A stretch of DNA of 63,819 nucleotides, filler included, from Bigelowiella natans CCMP2755 (GCA_000320545.1; 6 parts of 6 records of this genome joined end to end with filler, not necessarily neighbours in it), one strand, 5' to 3'; shown: positions 27,285-41,033, counted from the whole stretch's first letter. Notes: generated by a model not told the origin, from the sequence alone. Made by a program: numbers and translations.

Positions 27285-29427
27285 ACAGTATAGGTTTGAT
27301 GAACATTCTGCTAGTAACTTACATCACTTACTAAAATCAAATCTTTAAACACCTACTATATAAACATAATCTTTAATCCAGAACAATCATCAATGCTGCT
27401 GTCCAAGGAAACAGTTTGACCATGAGCAAAAACATCGTTGGAGGCATGCTGGAAGAGCAATCGAACCACCAAAGAATGGGGGGGGGGAGATTCATAATTC
27501 TACATTATCATCGCCATTATCACCATCGTCGTCATCATCATCACCATCATCATCACCATTGCCTCCATACTACTATAACTTGCTCGTAACCGTGGAAAAG
27601 GCGCATTTTAGTAGCGAGATATTTGATCTATATGCAAATTACCAGGTAGTACAAATAAACTTATTGAGGAAAGAAGAAAAAGAAGAAGAGAGGAGAACAA
27701 CTATAATCCACATCATTCATACTTGCTAATATTGTTTTCGATATATTGTTCTTCTTATTCACTAGGTCACAATACATCATGATCCAGTCGAGAGGATAAC
27801 CCACCAGGTTCTTAATAATTCCAAGCATCAACTACTACTTCTTCTCATTACTCTTATGACATATTAATATGGTATCCCCACCCCCCCTGTACACAGGAAT
27901 TTAAGGCATTTCTAGTGGATACGCCTCTTCTGTCGACCAAAGGAGTTCAGAAATGGGGAGAAATATGGCCTCATGGTATTAGTAGTAGATGTTATAGCTG
28001 TCGTAGCTGTAGTGGTAGCATACGCAATAGCTATAGCATAGCCTAATTGCAAGTAGTAGTAATAAGTACTGGTTCTCTGATGATGATGCATACGTACTAC
28101 TACTACCATCTTCTCTCTCTCTGGATTGCAATAACACATTGTTGATGTAGTAACACATTGATGCTATCTATATGCTGCTGCTACTCTCTTGCTATTATAT
28201 TGTTGTAGGTTGTGGATCTTTATTTCGAAAGTATCACCTACGCAAGATCATTAAACAAGAGCACCAAAACAAAGTACAAGTTTCAGCACCGCCACCATCA
28301 TCGTCATCATCATCCCATTTTTATTATTCGTCTTCTTCTTCAAGTCATCGTCCACAAAAGAACGATGATCATCAAAATGATGATGATGATGATGATCATG
28401 ATCATCATCATCGCACGCATCACCATCAGAAGCAGAAGGGGGGGGAGCAGCAGCAAATATTGATTGGATTTGCAGTGTTAGATATAATGCCGGAATGCTT
28501 CTATTCGTCATACTTCGTCTGGCATCCAGGAAAGGCTAGGAAGTTGTCCCTCGGGGTACTAACTAGTACTAGTAGTAGTAGTACTAGTAGAGTAGGCTGC
28601 TATCTTGGTGATGGTAACAATGATGATGACTTCTTATAATATATATATATATATATATATATCATAGGTACTTTCGGCATTAGAAGAGATAGAAATCGTT
28701 AAATCCCTTGCTCAAGCCACTGAAAATCCTCGCCATCTGTACTATATCGGATACTATGTGCACGGCAACAAACAAATGCGGTCGGTCATGTTTATGATGT
28801 AATTCGTAGTTTGCAATGCATTATTAAATAGATCACATTGATGATGATGATGATGATGATGATGATAATGACGATGACACCAAAAAAACATAATGCTCTC
28901 ACACCATTATTATCATCATCATCATCCTCATCATCATCCTAGGTACAAGACACAGTACAAACCAGCAGAGCTATACTGCCCCTTTTTGAAAGCTTGGGTT
29001 CCGTTTGATGAGGTAGTAGTAGTAGGTAGTTATTTGACAAGTAGTAGTAGTAGTAGTAGCGGTGGTGGTGGTGGTGGGTCACTTCGTCACCCGTTTGATG
29101 AGGTAGTAGTAGGTAGTTGTTTGACTAGTAGTAGTAGCGGTGGTGGTGGTGGTGGATCACTTAGTCACTTAGTTACTCAAAATCCCATCATCATCAAGTA
29201 GTAGTAGTAGTAGTAGCAGTAGTAGTAGATAGTTGTTTGTTTGACTATAAGTCAGTTAGTCACACTCAGGGTCACTGAAAATCCCATCATTATATCATGT
29301 TGTAATTGCTCAAGTGGGAGGGAACGAGGAGGGAGGAAATAGACCACCAATACGAATGATCATTATCCTCATCTTACCATCTTTAATATTCATCAGTTAA
29401 TTTCTTCTTATTCTTCTCTCCTCTAAC

Positions 29428-29466
<39 letters not shown>

Positions 29467-29708
29467 TTTTTGTTTTCCTCCCCTTCCTCCTACAACAACA
29501 TATTATTCACAGAAAGTCAGCAAAGCTCTCAGTCGCAACCCTCATGGCCCATTGAGACCGATAGGAGGAGGAGAAGGAGGAGGAGGAACAAATAGTAGGA
29601 GCAAGGAAGATGGCAGTAGTAGTAGTAGTAGTAGTAGTAGTAGTCGTCACAGTTCTAGTAACAAGAAAACAGAAAATATGATGAATACAGAGAGGGACAA
29701 CAACAACA

Positions 29709-29742
<34 letters not shown>

Positions 29743-29891
29743 GAAGGCAACAAAAATGACTCACAACAATGAGATAAGCTTCGACAACGGCCGATATAGT
29801 AATGATGCTGACGATGAGGAATCAAGAGGAAATGAAGAAAAGAAGGAAGATTTGGAGAGGGGGGACAGGGGTGAAAATATATATTATTATA

Positions 29892-29934
<43 letters not shown>

Positions 29935-30763
29935 CATGAATATATGTTATAATATGTATGTGTATTTATTGTATTCATATTCATGTGTGCAGTATGTATA
30001 TACATGTATGTGGTCGTACATTATAATAAATGTATTATTGTTATTAATATTAGAAGTGTGACTGCTGTCCCTTTCTTTGTGTAATATTGACTAATAATAG
30101 TAGACGTCTTCTTCCAACTCATACGATTAAAAGAGGATGAGGAGGAGGGAATAGAAGAGGAAATAAGAGAGAAAATTAGTCATCAGCATCACCATCATCC
30201 TTTACTTCTTCTTTGAAGCAATCTACATATAATCTTGGTCATTATCCTTTCTCATCATTAATTTTATCTTATAATTGCAGTGCTTGCAGTGCCAACTCTG
30301 GGGGACGATGGTGATAACGACGAGAGCGATGATGACACCTGCACCATCATAGATTCAGTACGATTATTGTGGAATCACTCCATCGTTTCATTTAAGGTAG
30401 TATTCATGTGATCTGCTATGATCTGATGAACAGCAGTACGACTACTAAATAATACCTACTTGTGTAATATCTTGCTATTTGCTCACACTAGCTAGCATCT
30501 ACTTAAGTAATACAATTAACTGCAGGACGTAAAGGAGCAGATTGTAGCTTCACATCCATCTCTTCGATCTCAACTGAAGGTCTCATCATGTTTTCTGTGT
30601 TTAGGTGTTTATTTAGGTGTTGCATTATTTTAATCTAGTGACTGAAATTAGAAGTCATCTTACTACCTTTGTTCCTCTCTTCGAATTCCGAACTATTTGC
30701 CAGGGTTACGCTCAAATGGTGGGTCCGGATCTGGCATCTAGGATGACCTATGTCGTCACGTGA
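23350..30763 (+). CDS. ATE1: Arginyl-tRNA--protein transferase (ATE1-like), divergent, with large low-complexity insertions; start uncertain
   Basis: ATE_N: ALVELGWCRCGRMVYFPINQKCCCPQ | HSMRIDALRFRPNKRQKRV. ATE_C: FDLYANYQVTIHHD, FKAFLVDTPL, LIGFAVLDIMPECFYSSYFVWHP, LSLGVLSALEEI, YYIGYYVH...MRYKTQYKPAELYCP, ending GYAQMVGPDLASRMTYVVT*. Confidence 0.88.
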
Positions 30764-31122
30764 TGGCTGCAACATGAACTACACCCATCTGCACAATTCT
30801 CAACATGAATCCAAAAATACGAATTTTCTTGCATGTTTCAATCAAAGACAGCGTGTTGCATGAGCAACCTCAAATGTGTGATGCCGCAGCAGCCATCTAG
30901 TGGGGTGGGGAATGCTGCACGTCACAATCAGTTGGCGTGTTAGATTTGCATTGCGCGATGCACGTGACAATGCACTTGCGTTTAGTTCAAACGGGGTGAT
31001 GATGATTCACATGATTTGAGGGGTTGCACGGTGATGCAACCACCTCTTGGTGTCAAGATGTGCCATGGCTGCTCCCATGTCACATGGCATCTCTGCACGT
31101 CAGCACCAAGCACTACAGCATG

Positions 31123-31320
31123 CAGGGTCAGGGTTCAGGATCAGGGTTCAGGATCAGGGTTAGGGTTCGGGGTTAGGGTTCAGGATCAGGGTTCAGGATC
31201 AGGGTTCAGGATCAGGGTTAGGGTTCGGGGTTAGGGTTCAGGATCAGGGTTCAGGATCAGGGTTAGGGTTCGGGGTTAGGGTTCGGGGTTAGGGTTCGGG
31301 GTTAGGGTTCGGGGTTAGGG
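31123..31320 (+). repeat. Telomere-like array of TTAGGG with variants TTCGGGG, TCAGGG and TTCAGGA
   Basis: The G-rich strand runs to the contig end. Distal units are (TTAGGG TTCGGGG)n and proximal units are mostly (TTCAGGA TCAGGG)n. Confidence 0.85.
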
Positions 31321-31420
31321 NNNNNNNNNNNNNNNNNNNNNNNNNNNNNNNNNNNNNNNNNNNNTTAATTAATTAANNNNNNNNNNNNNNNNNNNNNNNN
31401 NNNNNNNNNNNNNNNNNNNN
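31321..31420. other. Artificial contig spacer
   Basis: 44N-TTAATTAATTAA-44N. Confidence 0.97.
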
Positions 31421-31430
31421 TATGTATTAC

Positions 31431-31490
31431 CTGTGAAAATCCAATTCGTCCATAGCATTTGACAGCAATGAGTCTAGTTCCCATCCTGGT

Positions 31491-31531
<41 letters not shown>

Positions 31532-32225
31532 ACACCGATAATAATAATAATCATCATCATCATCATGTATCTTATGCTGTATATGAATAATAATTATTGT
31601 TATCGATGATCTCAATTATAAGTCGCACTACCGTTGGGGCTCAGCCATTGGGGTGGTAAGTGAAAGTGTGCTGTAGCAGAGTCACCTAATGCAATCAGGC
31701 CTATAGTAGAAGTACAAGGATAAAGAAGGATAAAGAATGTCGTGATAATCATCAGTAAAGAAGTAGTAGGAGTAGTAGTAGTAGTAGCATTATTATAACA
31801 CTATATCAATACAATGTATACGTGTGTGTGTACAAACAAATATTGCGTAGTAGTAGTACATATTTTCACCATCATCCATCATATATGCTTTCCTAAATCT
31901 CACACTACTACAAATATATCCGATAATGATGAAAATATAGAAGATGAATCATCATCATCATCATCATCATTAATGATGTCCAAAAAGTCTTATGAAATAA
32001 TGTAGATGATGAATATGTAGTAGCATGGTTGTTGTTGTTACCATAAAGTGATGATTATTATTTAATATTACGTGATAATAAAAAGAGAAGAAGAAGACAA
32101 CGAAGAATGTGCGACACAACAGCTCGCTCTACTACTGCCACTACTACCTACCTACCTACCTACCTACCTACCTCCACGGTCAGAATTGGAACAAAACACA
32201 TCTTCATACTACTTCTACTACAACA

Positions 32226-32257
<32 letters not shown>

Positions 32258-32715
32258 CTCTACGATCAGATTTGGAACAAAACATATCTTCATAATCTGC
32301 CATCTTCATGCTATCATTTTTGCCCTAAAAGGAGGAAGAGGAAGAGGAGGATGAGTAGTATGAGGAAGAGAAGGATATGGGAAGGAAAAGATATATTATT
32401 ATTCGTTTGCAAGAGCAGCAGCCAGTGGTACTATGTATTGTTAGCGTGGTGCTTGCTACTACTACTACTACTACTACTACTACATACAATCGTGGTTATT
32501 CATCATCGTAGTGTATCATCATCTTTTCTTACATAAATTCCATTGCAATCATGATCAATAAGGTAGTTTTCATTCTCCTCCTCCTTCCCTCTCTTCTTTC
32601 TCCCAGGATAGATTTCTAATATAAAGTAATAAATAATGCACAATTATTCATATAAAACCTTGTTTCAATATACACAACAGCAGTAAGAGCAAAAGCAAGA
32701 GAGAGAGAGCGAGAG

Positions 32716-32763
<48 letters not shown>

Positions 32764-33506
32764 ATCGAATATCAAAACCACGTACACATACTATTAGGAT
32801 GATAATAACCAATCTCAACAACTACTAAACAGCAATGGTCAGTCATCATCATCATCTACAGGTAAACACGTCATCATCAGTGAGACCACTACTCAATTTG
32901 AATAATCAACTGGTGGTTACTTACAATAATAATAATAATAATTACTACCATCATCGTTGTCGTTGCAGTCCGCACCTCTCCAATGTGAACCACGAAATCT
33001 AAAAGCAGCATGTGGTTTCGTATTTATCATGACCAAGGAGGAGGAGGAGGAGGAGAAGAGAACCAATAAACAGTGTGTTGAGGAGAGAAAGAATGGAGAG
33101 AAGAGAACCAATAAACAGTGTGTTGAGGAGAGAAAGAATGAAAATAGTGATTAGATTAGAATTAGATCGATGATAAAACAATAGTATACAAATACTAAAA
33201 GGAGGGTTTGAAACTATAATACTGCGGTAGCCGCATATGATTCAATCACCAAGAGTATATGAAACTATAATACTACGGTAGCCGCATATGATTCAATCAC
33301 CAAGAGAATATAAATTGTATATATTTATATATGTATATATATTATCTGGTTATTATCTCCATCTTATTACTCAACCTTTATCTTCTTTTTATTACTGCTA
33401 CTTACTATTACTGATACTGCTTGTTCTTCCATCACTCCTATCACTACTACCACCCGCTAGTCAAGTTTAAACAAAGAGGTCTAATATTATTGCTGCTGTT
33501 TGATAT

Positions 33507-33550
<44 letters not shown>

Positions 33551-33798
33551 TCTTATAAATTGAGATTAGCACGCTTGTAATATATTACTATTGTTTCTAC
33601 TGCTGCAACCCACCCACCCTCTTATAAATTGAGATGAGAAATAATCACCATCTTTGTCCCATACAGGCTGATAATTGTACAAATAATAATCATTAAAATA
33701 AGAGTGATAACTATTATTATTATGATATTAATACCAACGAAATTTTAATTGAATCAAAATGCAAATTGTACACGGCTCTCAACCAATCGTCGGTAATT

Positions 33799-33879
<81 letters not shown>

Positions 33880-34673
33880 TAATAACCATGTGCGAATTGA
33901 GGCGGTCTACGATGCAGGAAACATTGAGTAGTCCACAGCCTCCTCCTCCTCCTCCTTCTTCTCCTCTTCCCTCAGGAACAGACGACTTGAGTACGTTGTT
34001 TTTCTTCTTCTCTTGTTCAACTTTATTATTATTATCGCTGGTTGTTCCATCGACAAGATCCTCCGTCCTCCTCCTCCCATCCTCATCAATATTTACTCCT
34101 TTCTTATTAAGGACCAGCATTTCCCCCAAAATTCTCCCACGGAATCCTATTTAGCAGCAGCACCACCACCATATCTAGTATTATAATGTACTCGATGTTC
34201 ATATTTATTCCTTCCCCTCTCCTATTGTTGTTATAAACAGCAAGAACTGGGTAGTCGTCAAGGTTGTCTTTAATTGTAGTACCTGCAATGCTTTTCATTG
34301 CCCAGAAAAAAGGTGATGAGAGGTCAGTCGATCTATCACTTTTATCCTACAGAGTAATAATAACAAACAAGGTGCCAACACACATTGAGAAAACTTACAG
34401 CACAAGGTGTATTATTATTCAGTATCTTAATCTATCGTAAATAATCCTGAAAAACTCATAAAAACAACTACAACAACAATAAAAATACCAACATAAATAA
34501 GAACACTTTTCTTCCATACACCTTGTTGTATACATAGTAGTAAACTAAAGGAGGACGACATCATACATTGTATTAGTAAAAATAACAATACTACATGTTG
34601 TTTGGATATGATGTTAAAAGTAGTAGTAGTAGTGGTGACAGGAGGCATGTTGTCTCAGATGATGATGATCTTG

Positions 34674-34712
<39 letters not shown>

Positions 34713-34778
34713 GCATCATCATCATCATCAGTAGTAGTGGTGACAGGAGGCATGTTGTCTCAGATGATGATGATGTTG

Positions 34779-34825
<47 letters not shown>

Positions 34826-35050
34826 GAAATATCATCATCATCCTTTTGTTTGTCCCCAACTACTTGTACGGATGATCATACCACCATAACAACTACCACC
34901 ACCACCACCACCACCACCATCACCATCACCATCACCATCACCATCACCACGGATGCACTACTACGACTACTAATACTAATACTAATATTAATACTCACCA
35001 ATAACAACTAAAAGAAAATATATCGCTGCATAAAGACGTGACTACGCACA

Positions 35051-35086
<36 letters not shown>

Positions 35087-35184
35087 ACCTGGGAGATAAA
35101 AAGACGTGAAAGTGCCTTACTGGCCACTAGCTTGTGTCCGATATTTAAGTTGAACGAAGAGGAAGGAGAAGAAGACGATGATTG

Positions 35185-35221
<37 letters not shown>

Positions 35222-36241
35222 GGGTTTCCAGGATCAGGATGCGGCTTTGGAGGCATCGGTATGATGGGCCTGATCATCGTTATAACTATTTTATCATTGT
35301 TGTTATTAACATTGAAGGAAGAGAATTGGTCTTATTATGTTAACGTAAATAGTAATGTTATATACTACATCGAGGATAATACATACTATCCGCAACAACA
35401 CAAAATGTAAGCAGCGACCGTATAATAATTAACATTGTAAAAATGTAATACTGCTACTACTACAACTAGTACTACTACTCGTATTACTTCTATCACCGCT
35501 AGGTACCTATTATATCCATATATTATAGTACTATTTCATCATATTCGGTACTGCCGCGTAGCATTGATTTTTATCATCATTATACTTGTAGTGCATATAT
35601 TTACTACTGCCACGCACCATTGGTTAAACAGCGTGCATTTTCCGGAGCAGAGAGCTAGCTCTCGACAGATTTTATCGGGACTTTGATGAGTCTCAAACAT
35701 TTCAACCTTGACAATAACATTGGGACTTTGATGATTCTCAAACAATACAACCTTTAAAGTAACAACGAGACAATCGTACAGTAGCAAATTACGTACGCAT
35801 GTATACACTGATCTACATATTTCACAGAATTGATGAAACATGGTACAAATCAAGGCATGAGGTTTTAAAAGTGGGATTGATAAATCATATTGGTAGCGCT
35901 AAATTTTAAACTGATTACCACTAACTGATTACCAATATTTTGATTGCTGCTTGGCACATTGGCTTAGATTCTTTGCATGTTTTTTGTAAAAGTGATATGA
36001 GTGCAGCTTTTGCATCAGCATTCTGTTCTGCAAGGCCTGCAATAAATTGTCATATTGTTTTACAACAGTTTTAATGACAATTATGGCACAGAATTGTAAC
36101 AATACTACCTAATCCGATGGTGCATTCGGCGCAAGTCATGGGTGATGATGACGATAACGATGGTAATGAAGCTGCTACTGAATCCAAAGAGAGCGGTAGA
36201 AGTAACAAGAGTCGCAGAATCATCGTCATCAGCATCATCAT
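31431..36241 (-). CDS. AOAH: Acyloxyacyl hydrolase (saposin-B-like domain + GDSL/SGNH lipase), 3'-truncated by contig end
   Basis: Signal peptide; CAECTIGLGLAEQ...C...C...SPDKICRELALC..CTLFNQW (SapB); PVWDKDGDYFS; FRGSHWRGADCND; IYPGRK...DHDCNGIYG; YEDMFC; RGLIALGDSATAHFHLPPQW; AMDELDF. All occur in the AOAH order. Confidence 0.9.
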
Positions 36242-36684
36242 GATCTGATATAAGAAAGGCAGTGAACAAGAAGCAAGCAAGCTGTAGAGAGGAGGCAGGC
36301 AGGGAGAGGCACGAAGCAGCTGCAATTCAGGATTGATTAGAGAGAGAGAGAGGCGGAAACGTGTTGTGAGACAACCTCAAATAGTATATTTAAGGATAAA
36401 ATGGATGGGAATACATGTGTTGCGACAAGCAATGACATGATGCCATCTAGGAGTTACTGCAACTAACTACCCCTTGCTTTATAATTCTTAAAACATCATA
36501 TAAACAGCAGGACGTCTTTCAACTACGACAACATCAAACAAAGGTCTTTTTAAGCAAAATGGCCGCCTCCAAAGTAGTACATGTTCATTGTTCAACGAGG
36601 AGGGAGCTCGAGTCAGTTTGTAGTTTGTATCTTTCTTGCTTCTCGAAGAATTAATAGCATCAACCTCATCTAGCTGCTGGAAAG

Positions 36685-38679
36685 ATGGTGGTAGATCAGA
36701 GATACTTGTGTCTATCGTCTGTTCTACTCTCTCTTCTCTCCCATATCATCTTCGTGGAATCCTCTCCCGTTGTATCGAGTTATAGCGACATTGGTGCAAG
36801 AAAGAATGCCGTTCATCATCATCATCATCATTATCGCGGTCTAAAACAGAAGCAACAACAACATCTACACCTTCCGAAAAATGTAACTTTAAAATGTAGC
36901 GCTGACGACCAAAAACATCAGGTGGGTGAATAGAATAATATGCATATATCCTTGCACATATCCTTGCACACATTATGTCCGACTATGGTGCAATAAAATA
37001 CATATATCCTTACACACATTATGTCCGACTATGGTGTTGTTAATTGACCCTACTAAAGCCTCCTCCCTCCCATCAATTGTTAGACACCGGATTCGTGCAA
37101 CGTGTGCGTATCATGCTGCAAGGACTTCTCGCTACCAGAAAACCGGCGTAGATTTGCGGGGAAGCGACGACGGCCAATACTCGAAGAGGAAGAAGCATGT
37201 GCTGCATGCTACAAGCGAGAATGTGTGCAAAACGGTCCTAGTTGGAATGGGCCCAGCTACACGATCCCGAAAATTCACTACTGTATTGATAATACAGCAT
37301 AGAATATAGTATTATGCTATGATGATTTTGAATAAATTACTTTCGTTGTCTGAATAATAGTAATCGTCCTGAGGTTGTTCAAAAGTAATATCATTTTCTG
37401 GAGAATAAATCCTAACCCTCCTCTCGCTCATCATAGTCATCACAATCCTTGTTATTACTCTCATCTTCATCATTGCTGGTACTATAAATAGCACCTCAAT
37501 GTTTTTGGGCCGATGGCTGGCAGGTAGAAGTATTGCAGGCGCAATCACTCACAGAGGTGATAATAATAATGATAAAATCTTTTCTCAGTAATAATTATTT
37601 ATAACAAGTAGTACCAGTACGTCAACGACAGATAGTTGTTGTAAAATGATGATATATTAAAAAAACATCTATTTTAAAATAATAAGGTACAGCATAAAAT
37701 GCAGTGTTGTGTAATAAATAAACAATGGTAGTAGGTCGACATTATATGATGATGCCTCTCTCTCTCTCTCTCACTCTCTCTCTCTCTTTCCCTCCCCCCT
37801 CCCCCTTTTCTCTCTCTAACGTTAATATCAACATGGCAACACGTATGATGTACCGATATTACCGAGGTACATGGGGTTATACACGACGAAATTACGTTCA
37901 ATCTTTGGTTAATAATTTGTTACAATCAGGCATACATCATGTCTAATCTTCGGCTAATAATTTGGTATTATTATCAGGCATACATCATGTGTTTGCGGGA
38001 TGTGATACTGAATTGGGTATGAATTTCTTTGTTTTTTATCATTGATTACCCCTTAATACGACATTATTACTTCTTTTAGGAGGATGGCACCATGGTGCTA
38101 GCGAAGATCTGGTACATTTCACGGAATTACCCGGAGCACCTAGAAGAATCAACGAGACGTATAAAGGAATGAGAAGCTTTTTAACACCTTGCTCTGGTAC
38201 TACTAGTAGTAGTAATATTAGATAGTACTAATTTAGCGGCAGTTATTAGGAACATTACACCAGCCCCATGATTACCAGTAAGAATGGTACTATATCCCTC
38301 ATCACCCGTCACTTCTTCTTCTTCTATAGGATTCATAACAATCGATGACTACGGAATACCTGCTGCAGGTAGGTGATGGTAGTGGTGAGAGAAGAAGTAG
38401 TAGTTGTGGTAGTTGTATAACATTGCATCATAATCTTCGTCTCAATCATCATCATCACCATCATTATCATCATTATCATCATTATCATCATCATCATCAT
38501 CATTTTAGGGTTCCGGCAATGCGGTAGCAGTAGCGGTGTAGAAGGGCAGCCTCATCCCTGGGATGTACCTATGGAGGTAGTATAATATCATGATAATAAC
38601 TTAATTACAAGAAGAAGAAGAAGGTGCTCATCATCAGCACGATTGAATTATTAGCTTATTTTGGTAACAAATAACATAT

Positions 38680-38715
<36 letters not shown>

Positions 38716-38880
38716 CTAACATGTTATTAAAAAAATACTGTGGTTATTAAGTGTATCATCATCATCATCATCATCATCATATACTGGTGCTGCTTTAGGT
38801 CCGTCTTGCTAAAGATGAATATCTCACTGAATGGGGGTTAGTGGATTGATTGTTGCTGTTATTGTTGTTGTTGTTACTTG

Positions 38881-38914
<34 letters not shown>

Positions 38915-38915
38915 A

Positions 38916-38947
<32 letters not shown>

Positions 38948-39143
38948 AGTTAGTGTTGTTGCTGCTGATGATGATAGTTGTTGTTGTTGTTGCTGTTGTT
39001 ATAATATGAGACTTATCGTGTGATTGTTGTTGTTGATGATGATGATTCTGCTCTAGGGACCCTGTGTATCTATTTAATATGAGTTTTTATCGTGGAATTC
39101 CTTATGACCCCGCACGTCCTTGGATAGATTCTGACAACAAGTA

Positions 39144-39184
<41 letters not shown>

Positions 39185-40179
39185 AGTATGCTTTCTACTA
39201 ATGATCATGATATCCTATTATTATCAAAAGTTAGTTTCAGTGTAAGTCGTATTCCAGATAGAGAGCACCTTCGTCTTCCATTAAGATCCTTCTCCATACT
39301 TATAAAACAATCAATTACTGTTTCACATAATATTATTCTCCTTGCTTATGAAACAATTCATCATTGTTTCAGGATATTATTTATTTTTCCTTTCCTTCTC
39401 ACTTGAATGTGTTATTACAATTATTATTATCATCATCATCATCATCATTGTTGTTGTTGTTGTATATAAACACGCAGCTGGTACATGCTCGTTTCTACAG
39501 ATGCATGTAAGTAAAAGTGAAATAAAATGAAGAAAAAGAAGAAGAAAGACACTAATTATGATCATAATCATCATCATCATCATCATCGGGATAGTAGTTA
39601 GGGGATAGAAGGGTGAAGGTTTTGTTCAGATGGGTGGTACATAGATGATAATGATGATGATGATACGTATGATGATGGAAAAACAATAATAATAATACCA
39701 TCAACTTGATGATGAAAAAAGAAGGAGGTTAAGAAAAGAATATCATCAATATAGAAGTAGCAGCAGGAAGGAGTAGCAACAACAACAACGATAACAACAA
39801 CAACAACAACAAACAGTAACAGGAGGAGATTATCTTTGAGCATTTATAGCACCTCTTGCATACATTTGTTTATTATCATCATAATGCATGTTTCATTATG
39901 AGTATTATCATTTTCAATCACAATTCAATGATGCATGATCTGGTGGTGTTGTTCTTTCTTCTTCTTCTTGTTCTTTCTCCTTCTTAAAGGCAATCAAACG
40001 ACACAATCAGTTCCTTGTGAGGGTGGTGGGGCTGCTACTTTGTACGTTAGCACTAACAAGGTACTACTAGTAGTAGTAAGTAGTAGTAGTACTAGTAGGT
40101 GAATTATTAGCCCTTAGGGGGTGGGGGATCGTGGTGGTGCCAAACAAATAATAATAATTGAGAAGAAAAGAAGAAGAAG

Positions 40180-40210
<31 letters not shown>

Positions 40211-40862
40211 TCTTTATTTATACCATCGTTCTATGATGATTTCCTAGTATATGTAAGGTATTATTTATGTAGCAGAGGGAAAGAGAAGGATGAGGAGGAT
40301 AAAGATACTAGAAAACAATCCACATGATGTGATTGATTAATGCTAATTATACCCTAATTTATACAGCTGCACGATAAAGACAGCAATTGGAAACGAGTAG
40401 GGGATATGTACAGCTCACCCCACACTGTTATACCCAATGCACGGCTTACCAAGGTATATTGACTGAATGCCTACAACTACCACCACTTGTTATCTGCAAG
40501 CTAGTAGTAGGCTAACTATTTATTATCATGATTATCCTATACCTGCTTTAGAATAATAATAATGAATAAATCATGCCGCGAGGTGGTTGTTTCTTCGTTT
40601 GGTATTAGTTTATCTTCCTTGGTCCTCCCTTCCTTATCATCAGTATCGATCAGTTATTACTATTCATATAGACGACGACGACGACGATGATGATGATGAT
40701 GATGATGATGCTAAATGATGATGATAGTTACTACTGAATCAATATCCTACTAGTAGTTGACTATACAGTTGTGTTGGGTGGTTGTACGTACGTATGTAGG
40801 AATTCGTTACGATCGATTATATCGGTGCACTTGCTAATGATCCTAACGGCGGCGAGACAAGG
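36685..40862 (+). CDS. Secreted GH32-like (clan GH-J beta-propeller) glycoside hydrolase, 3'-truncated
   Basis: Signal peptide, Cys-rich N-terminus, then PKIHYSP...GW, HHVFAGC, GGWHHGASEDLVHF, TPCSGF (WSG-like), PYDPARPW..DNKWYM (RDP-like) and KEFVT (EC-like). The reading frame is broken near 37521-37531. Confidence 0.65.
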
Positions 40863-41002
40863 GTACTACTACTACTACTACTACTACTACTATCTGCCAA
40901 ACATGGAATAAGAACAACAACAAGGAACACACAAAGGAGAACTTGATCATAGAATAAGAACAACAAGAAGGAACACAAAGAAGAACTTGATCTGTGTGTG
41001 GA

Positions 41003-41033
<31 letters not shown>

